NCBI GenBank assembly: GCA_030770535.1
Contig: JASVEC010000017.1
Span: 310,001 to 374,000, forward strand
DNA: 64,000 bases
Source of the DNA: Batkoa obscura
Taxonomy: Eukaryota
Direction: 5' to 3'
The notes under the pieces were generated by a model. The model did no database searches, had not been told where the DNA came from, and was given only the letters and a program-made list of their open reading frames with translations. Of this stretch, positions 27,308 through 38,345 are shown piece after piece. The position numbers and the translations under genes are program-made. Every line of letters starts with the position of its first letter. Position 1 is the first letter of the stretch.

Positions 27308-28980
27308 ATGGGTCGTAAGAAAATTGAGATTAAAGGTCTTACTGATGAGAGGAATAAGCAGGTAAGTAATATTTGTTAAAAAAGTCAAGGTACTAAACAA
27401 GCTTTAGGTTACTTTTTTGAAACGTAAAGCCGGTTTAATGAAAAAAGCGTATGAGTTAAGCGTTTTATGTGACTGTGAAATTGCAGTAATTGTTTTTAAT
27501 TCCAATAATAAACTTTGTCAGTTTGCGTCATCCGATATGGATAAGATCCTTATGCGATATACAGAATATGGTGAACCATTTGAAAGCAAAAGTAACATTG
27601 ATGTAAGTTTGTACGCTGAGTTTTTGTTTAATTAGCAATATTAATCGTCATTTTAGTTTGTTAATGGTGATGATAGAGATGGTTCTGATGATAAGATCAG
27701 TATGTCACATACTCCTGATCCTTCAACTATAATGGAAAATCAAGTAAGTGAATTAGATACATATTATAAATATAAAACTTATTCGCTTTTATTAGATGTA
27801 TAATAATAATCAATTCCAACCAAATCAAATGATGAATTTACCAGGGAATTACAATTACCTTCATCCTAATATTGCTTATCAAAATCAAAATTATAATGGC
27901 ATGATGAATTCACCTATTGCGAATAATTTTAATATACCTGGAAATATGCCAAGTAATATGCAAAGCAACATGCAAATGCAAAATAATATGATGCATCAAG
28001 TGGAATCGAATAATAATATGCAAATACATAACCCAAGTATGGGCCAAATTCATCCAAATATGGGAGCTATGGTCAATCAAGGATATAATACTGAAGGTAT
28101 GCAACAGATGCAAACTCCACATTTCAATAATCAAATTCCACAGGTAAATTATGAAATTTATTTATTAGTAACTTTATTTATTTTATTTTCTAGTTAAATC
28201 ACCCACAAAGTGAACAAATGAATCGAATCAATTCAGCCCAAGAATTGAGAGAACAATCACATATACCAAGTCAATCAATGCAACATTCACATTCTAATCC
28301 GGTCACTTCAGGTCAACCAATCGAAAGTCCAATGAATAGCAACACGGCTAATAACGATAGGAATGAAGCATCAAATCAAGGCTTTAAACGACCTGCTGGA
28401 TTAAGAGTTCAAATACCATTAAAAAAATCCAAAAATGAAGAATCAAATACACAATCACCTAGTGTAAATACAGAAACTGATGTTGAAAATAATGTAACAA
28501 TAGATACTAATAAAGAAGACGTTAACAATATCCAATCGAAAGAAGTCCAAAATGAGGTTAAAGTAAATAAACCTATTGTTGACCCTAAAGTTGAGAAAGA
28601 AGCAGTACAGATTAAACAGGAAGAAAAGAAATCAATAAGTCAAATGGTAAGTTTTTGTGTAATGAATTTCATATAAAGTTAGTTTAACTTTTTATTATAG
28701 GGTATGATGAATCACTGTTTACAAGCGCCTAATTTACCAAGTCCTTCTACATTCTATCCTGGTTTTTATCAGGGTGGTGAAATGCTTTCTCCTCTAGTTA
28801 CTCAAACACCTTCCACTGCAGTGAATAATGGAGCTCATGCTTTTAACTGGCCACCTACAAATTCCAATCAACCTACTATCCCCTCTAAACTAAAAAATGA
28901 AAGGTAAATTTCATCTCATTTGAAGCTAAATGATTAGTAATCTAAATTGTATTTTTAGTTCAACTTCAAAAGAGCAATAA
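27308..28980 (+). CDS. MEF2-type MADS-box transcription factor (RLM1/SMP1-like)
   Basis: [51 protein letters not shown]-rich middle; [11 protein letters not shown] (MAPK docking-like) and LPSPSTFYP; six coding introns plus a 5' UTR intron near 27178-27265. Confidence 0.92.
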
Positions 28981-29191
28981 GTTTATTAGTGTAGAATTTT
29001 GGTTGACTTTGAATCTGTCTATTCTTTAACTTGAATTTTAAATATTTTTATACATAACCTTTCTTTAAATATAAAATTTATTATGGTGGACTCATTTTTA
29101 ATGTAATATTCTAACTATGATTTATAAATAATAAAACATTTGAAATAAATCTTAATTTTTTTAAATATAAATTTTATCTACTTGTTTTAAT

Positions 29192-30262
29192 TTAATTTTC
29201 TAATACTACTCTGTAGCGTACTTTACCATCTCTTACATGCTTTAATCCTTTATTTACATCCTTCATCTTAAACCTTTCAATAACTGGGCGGATTTCATGT
29301 TTAGCAGCAAACTGTAACATCTTTTCAATCTCTTCAATGGACCCGATCAAACTACCAGTAAGTGATAAATTCTTGCTTAAAAGTACGAAAGGTTGGATTT
29401 TTAATGGTTCCTCTGGGATAGCTAATAGAATAATTCTACCTTCTAAGTCCATCCAACTAGCGAATTGAGACCATTGGGAGTCTTTAGCATTGCTTGTAAC
29501 AATTAAAAAGTCTAATGAGTTTTTAGCTTTTTCTAATTGGTCTTTATCATCTGTTGCTACATAATGTTTAGCCCCTAATTGAATCGCCTCTTCCTTTTTA
29601 CTTTCATTTCTTGAAAACGCAGTTACCTCACATCCTAGCTTACTAGCGAACATAATAGCTAAATGACCTAATCCACCAATACCAACGACACCAACTCTAT
29701 CACCTGCTTTAAATTTATATCTTAACATTGGTGAAAATACTGTAGCACCAGCACATAATAAAGGAGCAGCATAATCGGATGGAATACTTTCTGGAATATG
29801 AAAAGCATAATCACCTTGTACTCTGACTTTATCAGCATACCCACCATAAGTTTTAGCTCCATCACTGAATCTCTTATCATTATAAGTCCATGCCATCTTA
29901 GGACATTGTGCATCTTGTTTTACTGAACATGGTTTGCAATCTGGTAATAAACAAGCAGCACATTGAGCACCTACACCTACTCTATCACCAAGTTTAAAGT
30001 TAGTTACATCTTTACCTAAAGCGACTACTTTTCCTACAATTTCATGTCCTACAATTACTGGATAATCGGATTTGCCCCATCCACTATCTAAGGTATGAAT
30101 ATCTGAACCACAGATACCACAATGAGAGATTTCGATTTCAATATCATTATCTAAGAGCTCAACAGGAGTGTAAGAGAATGGTACTAACTCTTGATCTTTT
30201 CCATGGCATGCCCAACCGTTGATTTGACCTTCTACTTTACTTTTCTTATTTTCAGTTGACAT
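29192..30262 (-). CDS. Zn-dependent, probably NADP(H)-linked alcohol dehydrogenase (CAD/ADH6-like), copy 2
   Basis: CGICGSD, GHE, structural Zn C-x-C-x2-C-x7-C, APLLCAG, GIGGLG, VRYRVVL; intronless 356 aa. Confidence 0.96.
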   Translation of the reverse strand: MSTENKKSKVEGQINGWACHGKDQELVPFSYTPVELLDNDIEIEISHCGICGSDIHTLDSGWGKSDYPVIVGHEIVGKVVALGKDVTNFKLGDRVGVGAQCAACLLPDCKPCSVKQDAQCPKMAWTYNDKRFSDGAKTYGGYADKVRVQGDYAFHIPESIPSDYAAPLLCAGATVFSPMLRYKFKAGDRVGVVGIGGLGHLAIMFASKLGCEVTAFSRNESKKEEAIQLGAKHYVATDDKDQLEKAKNSLDFLIVTSNAKDSQWSQFASWMDLEGRIILLAIPEEPLKIQPFVLLSKNLSLTGSLIGSIEEIEKMLQFAAKHEIRPVIERFKMKDVNKGLKHVRDGKVRYRVVLEN

Positions 30263-31739
30263 TATGATGTTATTTGGATACTTGTTTTGTTTGAATGAAC
30301 TTCTATTTTTTGATTATTTATACTTTTGAGTTATTTGATATTTTATCAACTGTTTAAGTTTAAACCAATGATGATGGCTTATTTCTGAATGTCTAGTTTT
30401 AATTTATGATGTAATTATGTGCTAGTGATTATTAATTTCTAATTTATGATTTGAGTTGAATATGGGAAGATGTGTATTTTTTTGGCTTCAAAGGCTTGTA
30501 AAGCTCGAATAATAAATTTGAAATGCAGCTATTAATCAGCATTTCATCTATGTGCTACTCTTCCTTATTTTATTGTAAAATACAGAAGTCTGCTTATTTT
30601 TTATGCGAGTTATAAGTTATTTTATAAACGTAGCAAGTACTTCATAATTCGGATTAACAATTATAGTTGCGTTGATTGTCCCTGTATTTTTATCGGGGTT
30701 CCAAAGAGCCGAATTTTAGTTGAAATTTTATAGGAATAAATTGTGATTTTACTTCTTGTTTTAGATTATTAATTGATATTTTATCAACAAAATCGGAAGT
30801 GCATTCGGTTTTTTATCTATTGTTTAACTATTTGATTGAAATTAAATATTATCTTATTATATAATATATTAATTAAATAACACGTTAAAATAAAGAGATT
30901 TTCGCTGATAAGATTATAAAGCTACATGCTCCATTTTTTAATAGAGCTTACAATATATGAAAACAGATCTGGTAACCTTTACTATGTTGTTATTTGATGT
31001 GACCACATATGATAGTGATATAAGTTTAATGAACTCAGCCTTACTATCGTTAGCAACTATGATATTAATAACAACATTTGTTTTATTTAATGATTTATAG
31101 TTGTGAGTATTTTTTTTATTATAAATTAGGTAATACTTCAATCCATCATAAGCTCACATGTAATTATCTAATACTATACACACTTTTGTTGCTCAATTAA
31201 CCTATAGTTTTTTCAGCGCTGTTATTAAATATATATAGATATAGCTAATGAATTAATTTTTTAAATGTTGATGCTTTTAAAGTGAATAGAGTAGATGATT
31301 AACTAACTCCACAGAATTAAAATATCCCGGGTTGGGATTATATTAAAATAAAAAACATAGTTATTATTATGATAGTAGAAAGCATGATATAGCTTTTGCT
31401 GCTACTTAGTTATGTATTTTAATATACTCGAACGAAAATTTTGATTTTTATCTATAGTTAAACTGAAGGGATCTCTTTTAAAGTATTGAACGATCAACTT
31501 TTTAATAACGAGCCTAGTTTATATAAATACAAAGCTAAATAATGCAATCAACTATTATTATAAATAAATTTGGTATGATGTATATTACGGTTCATTTGAA
31601 TAATGTTTTAGTAAATTAAACTAACATATTTATTTGGTAAATTAAATTGTGAGCATATTTTTCTTTGTTCAAGAATCAACTAACTTTTTTTACAATTTTT
31701 AAGCAGCTTAAAAAATCGAAAAAAGTAAACAAAACATAT

Positions 31740-31836
31740 GGGGGTATTTTTTTTTGGTTTCATTATTTTTTCCATTTTTTAAGCGCTATTTCAGCGAAAA
31801 GATTGTTAGTAAACTCTTAAACAAAAAATACGCTCC
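31740..31836 (-). mobile_element. ~100-bp MITE, copy 2
   Basis: Reverse complement of the family consensus; ATAT on both flanks. Confidence 0.85.
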
Positions 31837-32857
31837 ATATGGATATGCTTATTTAACCCTTTAGCTCGATAGAACAGTACAAATAAAATTTAAATTTAAA
31901 TAGTATTAATTCTTATTAAACATTAATAGAAGTATTTGCTTCTAATCCTTCATCTCACTTTTTAATTTATTTTAACACAAACTAATGGATTTCAAGAAAT
32001 TAAATTAAATTGCTCGAAATGAGAATGTAAATAAATAAACTGATAAGTTATATTTAATTTAATACTAACTAGCTTTAAAAAAGTTGTGTTTTGTAGTTAG
32101 TTGAGTGAAGAGACTACCCATGTCTAGGTTTTTTTGTAAATAAAACTTTAGAATCTAGTCTCTTTATAATTTATTTGTAAGTTTCAATTCATTTAAAGTT
32201 ATCGTTAATATGTATTTATACATTACTATAGGCCAAATTTTAAAGCTGAAATGGATAAGATTGTATAAAAATGTCATAAAAGTAACTTTGAGCCAACTTT
32301 TCTTTGATATTGTTTAAAATAGTTGATTAAGCGCTTTTCGTGATAGAAAGGGTACTTGCATTAGCATTACCTAAATCTCAAACATTTAATCTACACGCAA
32401 TAACTTTTTTGACTATGTTTTAAATTGAACTTTGGGACTATCAACATTTAAAAGATATTTTTATTCTAATTAACACAGTATTTTATATAAGATATGACTT
32501 TTTGTATATAAATTTCACTTTCTAATCGTTTATTTTCCAAAGAACATCTATTATCTCTAGCTCTTTATTTACGTCCTTCAAGTTGGAAACGTAGTATTTG
32601 AAATAAATATACAAACATTCAAAATTAACGCCTGTTACTTCAATTGATACTCAATAAACAAATACAATATTAAAAGTGTTAAAGCTTAATAGCAGGACGC
32701 CAAAACCCCACAATTAAGTAAACCATTTATAAAAACACGACTAAAAAACTCTAAACCCCTATAAAAAGCCACATTACCAATTAACCTAATTGAACTCTAT
32801 AAAGAACTTCGATTTCATTTCTACTTCAATTTTCAAATTTTAATCTCACTTAAAAAA

Positions 32858-33931
32858 ATGACATTTAAGCCCAATATCCAACAAGAGCCCCAATTTACCG
32901 GCTGGGCGTGCTATGGGGAGGGCAAAAAACTACAGCCACTCTCTTATACTCCTGTTAAGCTCTTAGATAATGATATTGAAATCGAAATCTCTCATTGTGG
33001 TATCTGTGGTTCAGATATTCATACCTTAGATAGTGTATGGGGTAGAACAAACTATCCTGCAATTGTAGGACATGAAATTGTAGGAAAAGTAGTCGCTTTA
33101 GGTAAAGATGTAACTAACTTTAAACTTGGTGATAGAGTAGGTGTAGGTGCTCAATGTGCTGCTTGTTTATTACCAGATTGCAAACCATGTTCAGTAAAAC
33201 AAGATGCACAATGTCCTAAGATGGCATGGACTTATAATGATAAGAGATTCAGTGATGGAGCTAAAACTTATGGTGGGTATGCTGATAAAGTCAGAGTACA
33301 AGGTGATTATGCTTTTCATATTCCAGAAAGTATTCCATCCGATTATGCTGCTCCTTTATTATGTGCTGGTGCTACAGTATTTTCACCAATGTTAAGATAT
33401 AAATTTAAAGCAGGTGATAGAGTTGGTGTCGTTGGTATTGGTGGATTAGGTCATTTAGCTATTATGTTCGCTAGTAAGCTAGGATGTGAGGTAACTGCGT
33501 TTTCAAGAAATGAAAGTAAAAAGGAAGAGGCGATTCAATTAGGGGCTAAACATTATGTAGCAACAGATGATAAAGACCAATTAGAAAAAGCTAAAAACTC
33601 ATTAGACTTTTTAATTGTTACAAGTCCTGTTGAAAAATCTCAATGGTCTCGAGTGGCCCGTTGGATGGATTTGGAAGGTAGAATTATTTTATTGAGTTTG
33701 TCAAAGGAGCCTTTGGTGCTTCCGCCTTTTTTACTTAATGTTAAAAATTTATCACTTACTGGTAGTTTGATCGGCTCTATCGACGAAATTAAAACAATGT
33801 TACAGTTTGCTGCTGAGCATCGAATTTATCCGATCATTCAAAAGTATGATATGGAGCAAGTGAATATAGCATTAAATCATATGAGGAATGGTAAAATCAA
33901 GTATAGGATTGTGTTAGCTAATAAATTGTAA
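32858..33931 (+). CDS. Zn-dependent alcohol dehydrogenase (CAD/ADH6-like), copy 3
   Basis: Same motifs, 357 aa; core identical to copy 2. Confidence 0.96.
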   Translation: MTFKPNIQQEPQFTGWACYGEGKKLQPLSYTPVKLLDNDIEIEISHCGICGSDIHTLDSVWGRTNYPAIVGHEIVGKVVALGKDVTNFKLGDRVGVGAQCAACLLPDCKPCSVKQDAQCPKMAWTYNDKRFSDGAKTYGGYADKVRVQGDYAFHIPESIPSDYAAPLLCAGATVFSPMLRYKFKAGDRVGVVGIGGLGHLAIMFASKLGCEVTAFSRNESKKEEAIQLGAKHYVATDDKDQLEKAKNSLDFLIVTSPVEKSQWSRVARWMDLEGRIILLSLSKEPLVLPPFLLNVKNLSLTGSLIGSIDEIKTMLQFAAEHRIYPIIQKYDMEQVNIALNHMRNGKIKYRIVLANKL

Positions 33932-33979
33932 TATAGGTGGAATCTATGTATCATTTTAATAAAGTACCTTTGTTCATAT

Positions 33980-34079
33980 GAGGATGTTTTTTTTGGTTTC
34001 ATTATTTTTTTCTATCTTTTAAGCGCTATTTAAGTGGAAAAACTGTTAGTGAAATTCTCAAATACAAAAATACATCTCC
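33980..34079 (-). mobile_element. ~100-bp MITE, copy 3
   Basis: GAGGATGT...ACATCTCC with ATAT flanks, 48 bp after the ADH stop. Confidence 0.88.
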
Positions 34080-34892
34080 ATATGTTCCTCTTATGTCAAT
34101 AAATCTTTATGTTTAATATACAAAGCTATTTATGTTTTATTAAGTCTACAGCTTAAGAATATAATTGATAAAGATTGTAATTTTTTTATTAAAATAATTC
34201 ATTTTATTTATTTAATTATATTTTTTAATTTCAACCTTAATTAAATGATTTATTATTTTTATTAATATAGCCTATTTTCCATTTAATCCTTTTTTAATTT
34301 TATTTATATTATTTACCCTTAGAGTGGTCATCGATTTAGAATTATGGAAATTTAGAATAATTTATTATTTTTAACAATGATGACATTTGGAGATGTCCAA
34401 TTTAATTTCAGAATTTACTTAAAAATTAATCTAAATTTTAGGTTTTAAATTTGTAAGTCTTTAATGTATAATTAGTTAAATTTAAAGCTTAAAATTAAAT
34501 CTTTTCAGTTAACTTAAAAGACTTATTTTAATTGTTTTATATTTTTTAAATAATTAATTTTTTTAATTATATGTTTTATATTATTTTTATTAAATGTTTA
34601 ATAGACATATAATAAATAAATATATAGCTATTTGACTTCACTTTTTATTAAAATAAAAATGAAATGCAAGCTTTTATAACTAAACTTCAAAATATAATTT
34701 AAAAATTTCATTATAATAAATATTTTAATAATTTTAAAAATAAAACAGTAGCTAAGTTAGCGTTTTTTAAATATATGCTAAATAATTTTAAAAATATAGC
34801 AAAAAAAAACAGGTTTGTATAGTATATATGCCTAGTACACAATTGAAAAAAATTATTTGAAAACAAATACAGTAATAAAAAATAAAGCAAAG

Positions 34893-35323
34893 TGTGAAAT
34901 ATTGCTGCTTTATTAGCTCTCGGATTGATTATAACACAACAATCAATTCAGAGTCCCTTATTTTGATTTGCTGCGAGAATTTCTAACTTCATATTACAAA
35001 GAATATTATCTTCTCGTTTTAGTATCCATACTTATTGGAGTATAAAAGAGATTCTTCAACATGATAACTCGAGGCTTTTTAATTGAATTACTCCCTGATA
35101 CCGTACCATTAATAAAGCCACTAAGTCTTTCTAACAACGTCTTACGTAGATTTTACAATAGTATTGTAAAATCTATTTGTTTTACATAGTTCGTAGCTTA
35201 TTACGTACTACTCCTATTCATTTAAGTCTATCTTAGTTGTATAAACTAAGATCGTTCGACTCAAGGCAAGTTAATCAAGAAAGAACTGCTTTTAACTCCT
35301 ACCACTAAGTACCAACTTTCACA
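34893..35323 (+). mobile_element. Solo-LTR-like element, copy A (431 bp)
   Basis: TGTGAAA...TTTCACA termini, AAAG direct repeat on both sides, TATAAAA at 35041, AATAAA at 35111, no ORF. Confidence 0.82.
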
Positions 35324-35404
35324 AAAGATAGAAAAATACTTTAATAAAAAATAAAGTTATATAAATTATATAAATTTTGTATTGATACTCAAAAAAACAC
35401 ATTT

Positions 35405-35934
35405 AGGGATGTATTTTTGTGTTTAAGAATTTCATTAACAATTTTTCCACTCAAATAGCGCTTAAAAGATGGAAAAAGTGATGAAGTGTGAAAGTTGGTA
35501 CTTAGTGGTAGGAGTTAAAAGCAGTTCTTTCTTGATTAACTTGCCTTGAGTCGAACGATCTTAGTTTATACAACTAAGATAGACTTAAATGAATAGGAGT
35601 AGTACGTAATAAGCTACGAACTATGTAAAACAAATAGATTTTACAATACTATTGTAAAATCTACGTAAGACGTTGTTAGAAAGACTTAGTGGCTTTATTA
35701 ATGGTACGGTATCAGGGAGTAATTCAATTAAAAAGCCTCGAGTTATCATGTTGAAGAATCTCTTTTATACTCCAATAAGTATGGATACTAAAACGAGAAG
35801 ATAATATTCTTTGTAATATGAAGTTAGAAATTCTCGCAGCAAATCAAAATAAGGGACTCTGAATTGATTGTTGTGTTATAATCAATCCTAGAGCCAATGA
35901 AGCGATATTTCACAGAAGCCAAAAAAACACTCCT
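35405..35934 (+). mobile_element. ~100-bp MITE, copy 4, split by LTR copy B
   Basis: Left part 35405-35486 and right part 35915-35934 rejoin to the family consensus ...GTGATGAAGCCAAAAAAACACTCCT. Confidence 0.88.
35487..35914 (-). mobile_element. Solo-LTR-like element, copy B (428 bp)
   Basis: Inverted near-identical copy of 34893-35323; GAAG duplicated at 35483-35486 and 35915-35918. Confidence 0.85.
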
Positions 35935-36163
35935 ACTTAACAAAACTATTGAAAAATTGAATGATAAAAATTGAATAATAATTTTAGATTTTAAATAAAA
36001 TATAGAAATAAAGATAAGATCAGATCCAATAAATTTAAGTCACTACAATAAACAAGCTATATTAGTATTAAGGTTTAGTGTTTTGTATTAAAAAAATAAT
36101 AAAATAATAAGCAAAGTTTATTTTAATTATTTGTCCGGAATATCAAATTATGATTCAGCATAT

Positions 36164-36258
36164 AGGGATATATTTTTATGTTTAAGAATTTTACAATTTT
36201 TCCACTTAAATAGCGCTTAAAAGATAGAAAAAATAATGAAATCAAAAAAAACATCCTC
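36164..36258 (+). mobile_element. ~100-bp MITE, copy 5
   Basis: AGGGATAT...ACATCCTC with ATAT flanks. Confidence 0.85.
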
Positions 36259-37240
36259 ATATAGTTGATAAATATTTTAGAAATCTTTTATAATAGAAAA
36301 ATAGTTTTGAAGCATTAGGTAAGATAAAATATATTGATTAGTTAATTTTAAAATTTGAAATTTTTATTTATAGACATAATAAAAATAATAATTTAACTAT
36401 TAATAATTAAGAAACAGATATAATCTTTAAAATAATAAAAATAATAAAATAACAAAAACATAAGGTATTAAGATATATTTATACTTTACTAAATATAATA
36501 ATAAACTATATTATTATCCAGTATCTGATAAAATAAAAAAAAGTGATATACTTATAATTAGTTATAAAGTTTATAAAAAATTAAGAAATTAACCCCAGCT
36601 TATTTTGTAAAAATAATAAAGAATTCAAAAGTTTTAATGTTTATTAAGCAAATAAGTAGTTTATTAAATGATAGAAACTAATTATCAAATGTTGATATTA
36701 CTTGAATTAATAATAGCTAAGTTAATAAATAGTCAAAAAGTAAGTAGTTGTAATAATAAATAAAAGTTATTATTATATTGCTTGTGTTACATAGGGATGG
36801 TTAATTATAGTTTGGGGGCTAAATACCCCTTTTATGCAGCTATTTATTAACTTAGTGATATATTAATAATGTAATTATAACATTAAAATGATTTGTTTGT
36901 TTGATAGCAAATCTACAATGTTGGCTACAAAGCAGTCAATGATAAATATTTTTCAATGAAGTTTTACAAAAACATGTATTTATTTACATACTATAACTTT
37001 AACTAATATCAATATACAGGTTATATTAGTAAAAGCCTTTCTAATTCGGGAATTTGTATTAAATCTAATAGAAATTCAGCCAACTTACAATACAAATTAT
37101 AATAAAATAGCTTAAAACTGTGTTGGGTACTTTTGGTTTTTAATAAAGAATTATTTTTATAGAATTTTAAGCAAAGTTTTCGAAATATAAAATATTTAAA
37201 AATTATACAAGAAATGAAACCAATTCAGACATCCTCATAT

Positions 37241-37338
37241 GGGGGTGTTTTTTTGGTTTCATCACTTTTTCCATTTTTTAAGCGCTATTTGAGCGGAAAG
37301 ACTATTAGTAAAATTCTTAAACATAAAAATACATCCCC
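37241..37338 (-). mobile_element. ~100-bp MITE, copy 6
   Basis: GGGGGTGT...ACATCCCC with ATAT flanks; best-preserved terminal inverted repeats. Confidence 0.9.
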
Positions 37339-38345
37339 ATATGTTTAAAACGTGTGCTGCAATTTTTCAACTGAAAACACATTAAGAATTAATAAGAGAG
37401 ATGATTATAAATTATTGAATGAAGCTCAATCTTGATAACAATGGTTCAAAAAGTGTTTTTTAATATTAAAGGACTAATATTTTTAGAATTATTATTATTT
37501 ATTTTTAATTGTTTAAGCTATGAATAATAAACATAAATAATAACAAAATTAAATAAAAATTAGACTCATAGTTTCCATAAAAGCTAAAAAACAAAATAAT
37601 AATAATGCATTTAATCGGTTTAATAATACTAACAGGAATTATTTTTAATAGAATACAACACTAATTGTATGACCTTAATAACTAGAAGGTTAAACAAAAA
37701 AAACAGACATTCTCAATGAAATTCATAAACTTAAAAATCATTAGGTATTTTGTTACACTTCATTTTATTATTCTAAAAAATATGCAAAGCTAGTAATACC
37801 CAGTGTAGGAATTATAAGTTTATCTAACAACTTTTGTATACAATATTTATTTGATTAACGTAAATGATTGTTTATACTATAAAAACGAAGTATCTGATTT
37901 ATAAAAAATCAGTAAGATGTTAAAACATTTTTGTTTTTTGTTTACAAAAATACAGTATCGAAACTGCAATCAATGCTACTTTATTAAGGTATTTGAACTT
38001 ATATCTGTTTTTCATGCTATAACTTATTACTTTTACTGTATATATGATATTCTTAATTTATTATTGATCAAAATACTATACTAAGTATTCTTAATTATTG
38101 TTTAATGCTAAAAAAACTCTTAAATTCCAAAATTAATAGTTCAGCCGTGACCCCGAATTGATAATGAAAATATAACTTGAGGGGCATGTCGGTAGATCTT
38201 ACTTCAGCTTCCAATTATGCTCATTTAGGATAAATCCAACTTCAACCAAAAAGAATAAAAGCGAAACTTAAAGAAAACTTAAATTAAATTAGGTGATATA
38301 AATAGTAGGCAAGCTGTAATAATCGTTAAAAAAATAATAACAATC

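Noticed and set aside
29722..33395. Identical 63-aa ORFs at 29722-29913 and 33204-33395
   Set aside because: Alternate frame inside the converted ADH core; the identity follows from the DNA identity
35190..35270. tRNA gene or tRNA-derived SINE suggested by GTTCGACTC
   Set aside because: No cloverleaf, T-stem does not pair, only a weak A-box, no SINE-like tail
34893..35914. One foldback transposon with 430-bp TIRs
   Set aside because: Each arm has its own TG...CA ends and its own TSD, and arm B interrupts a MITE whose right end lies outside the palindrome
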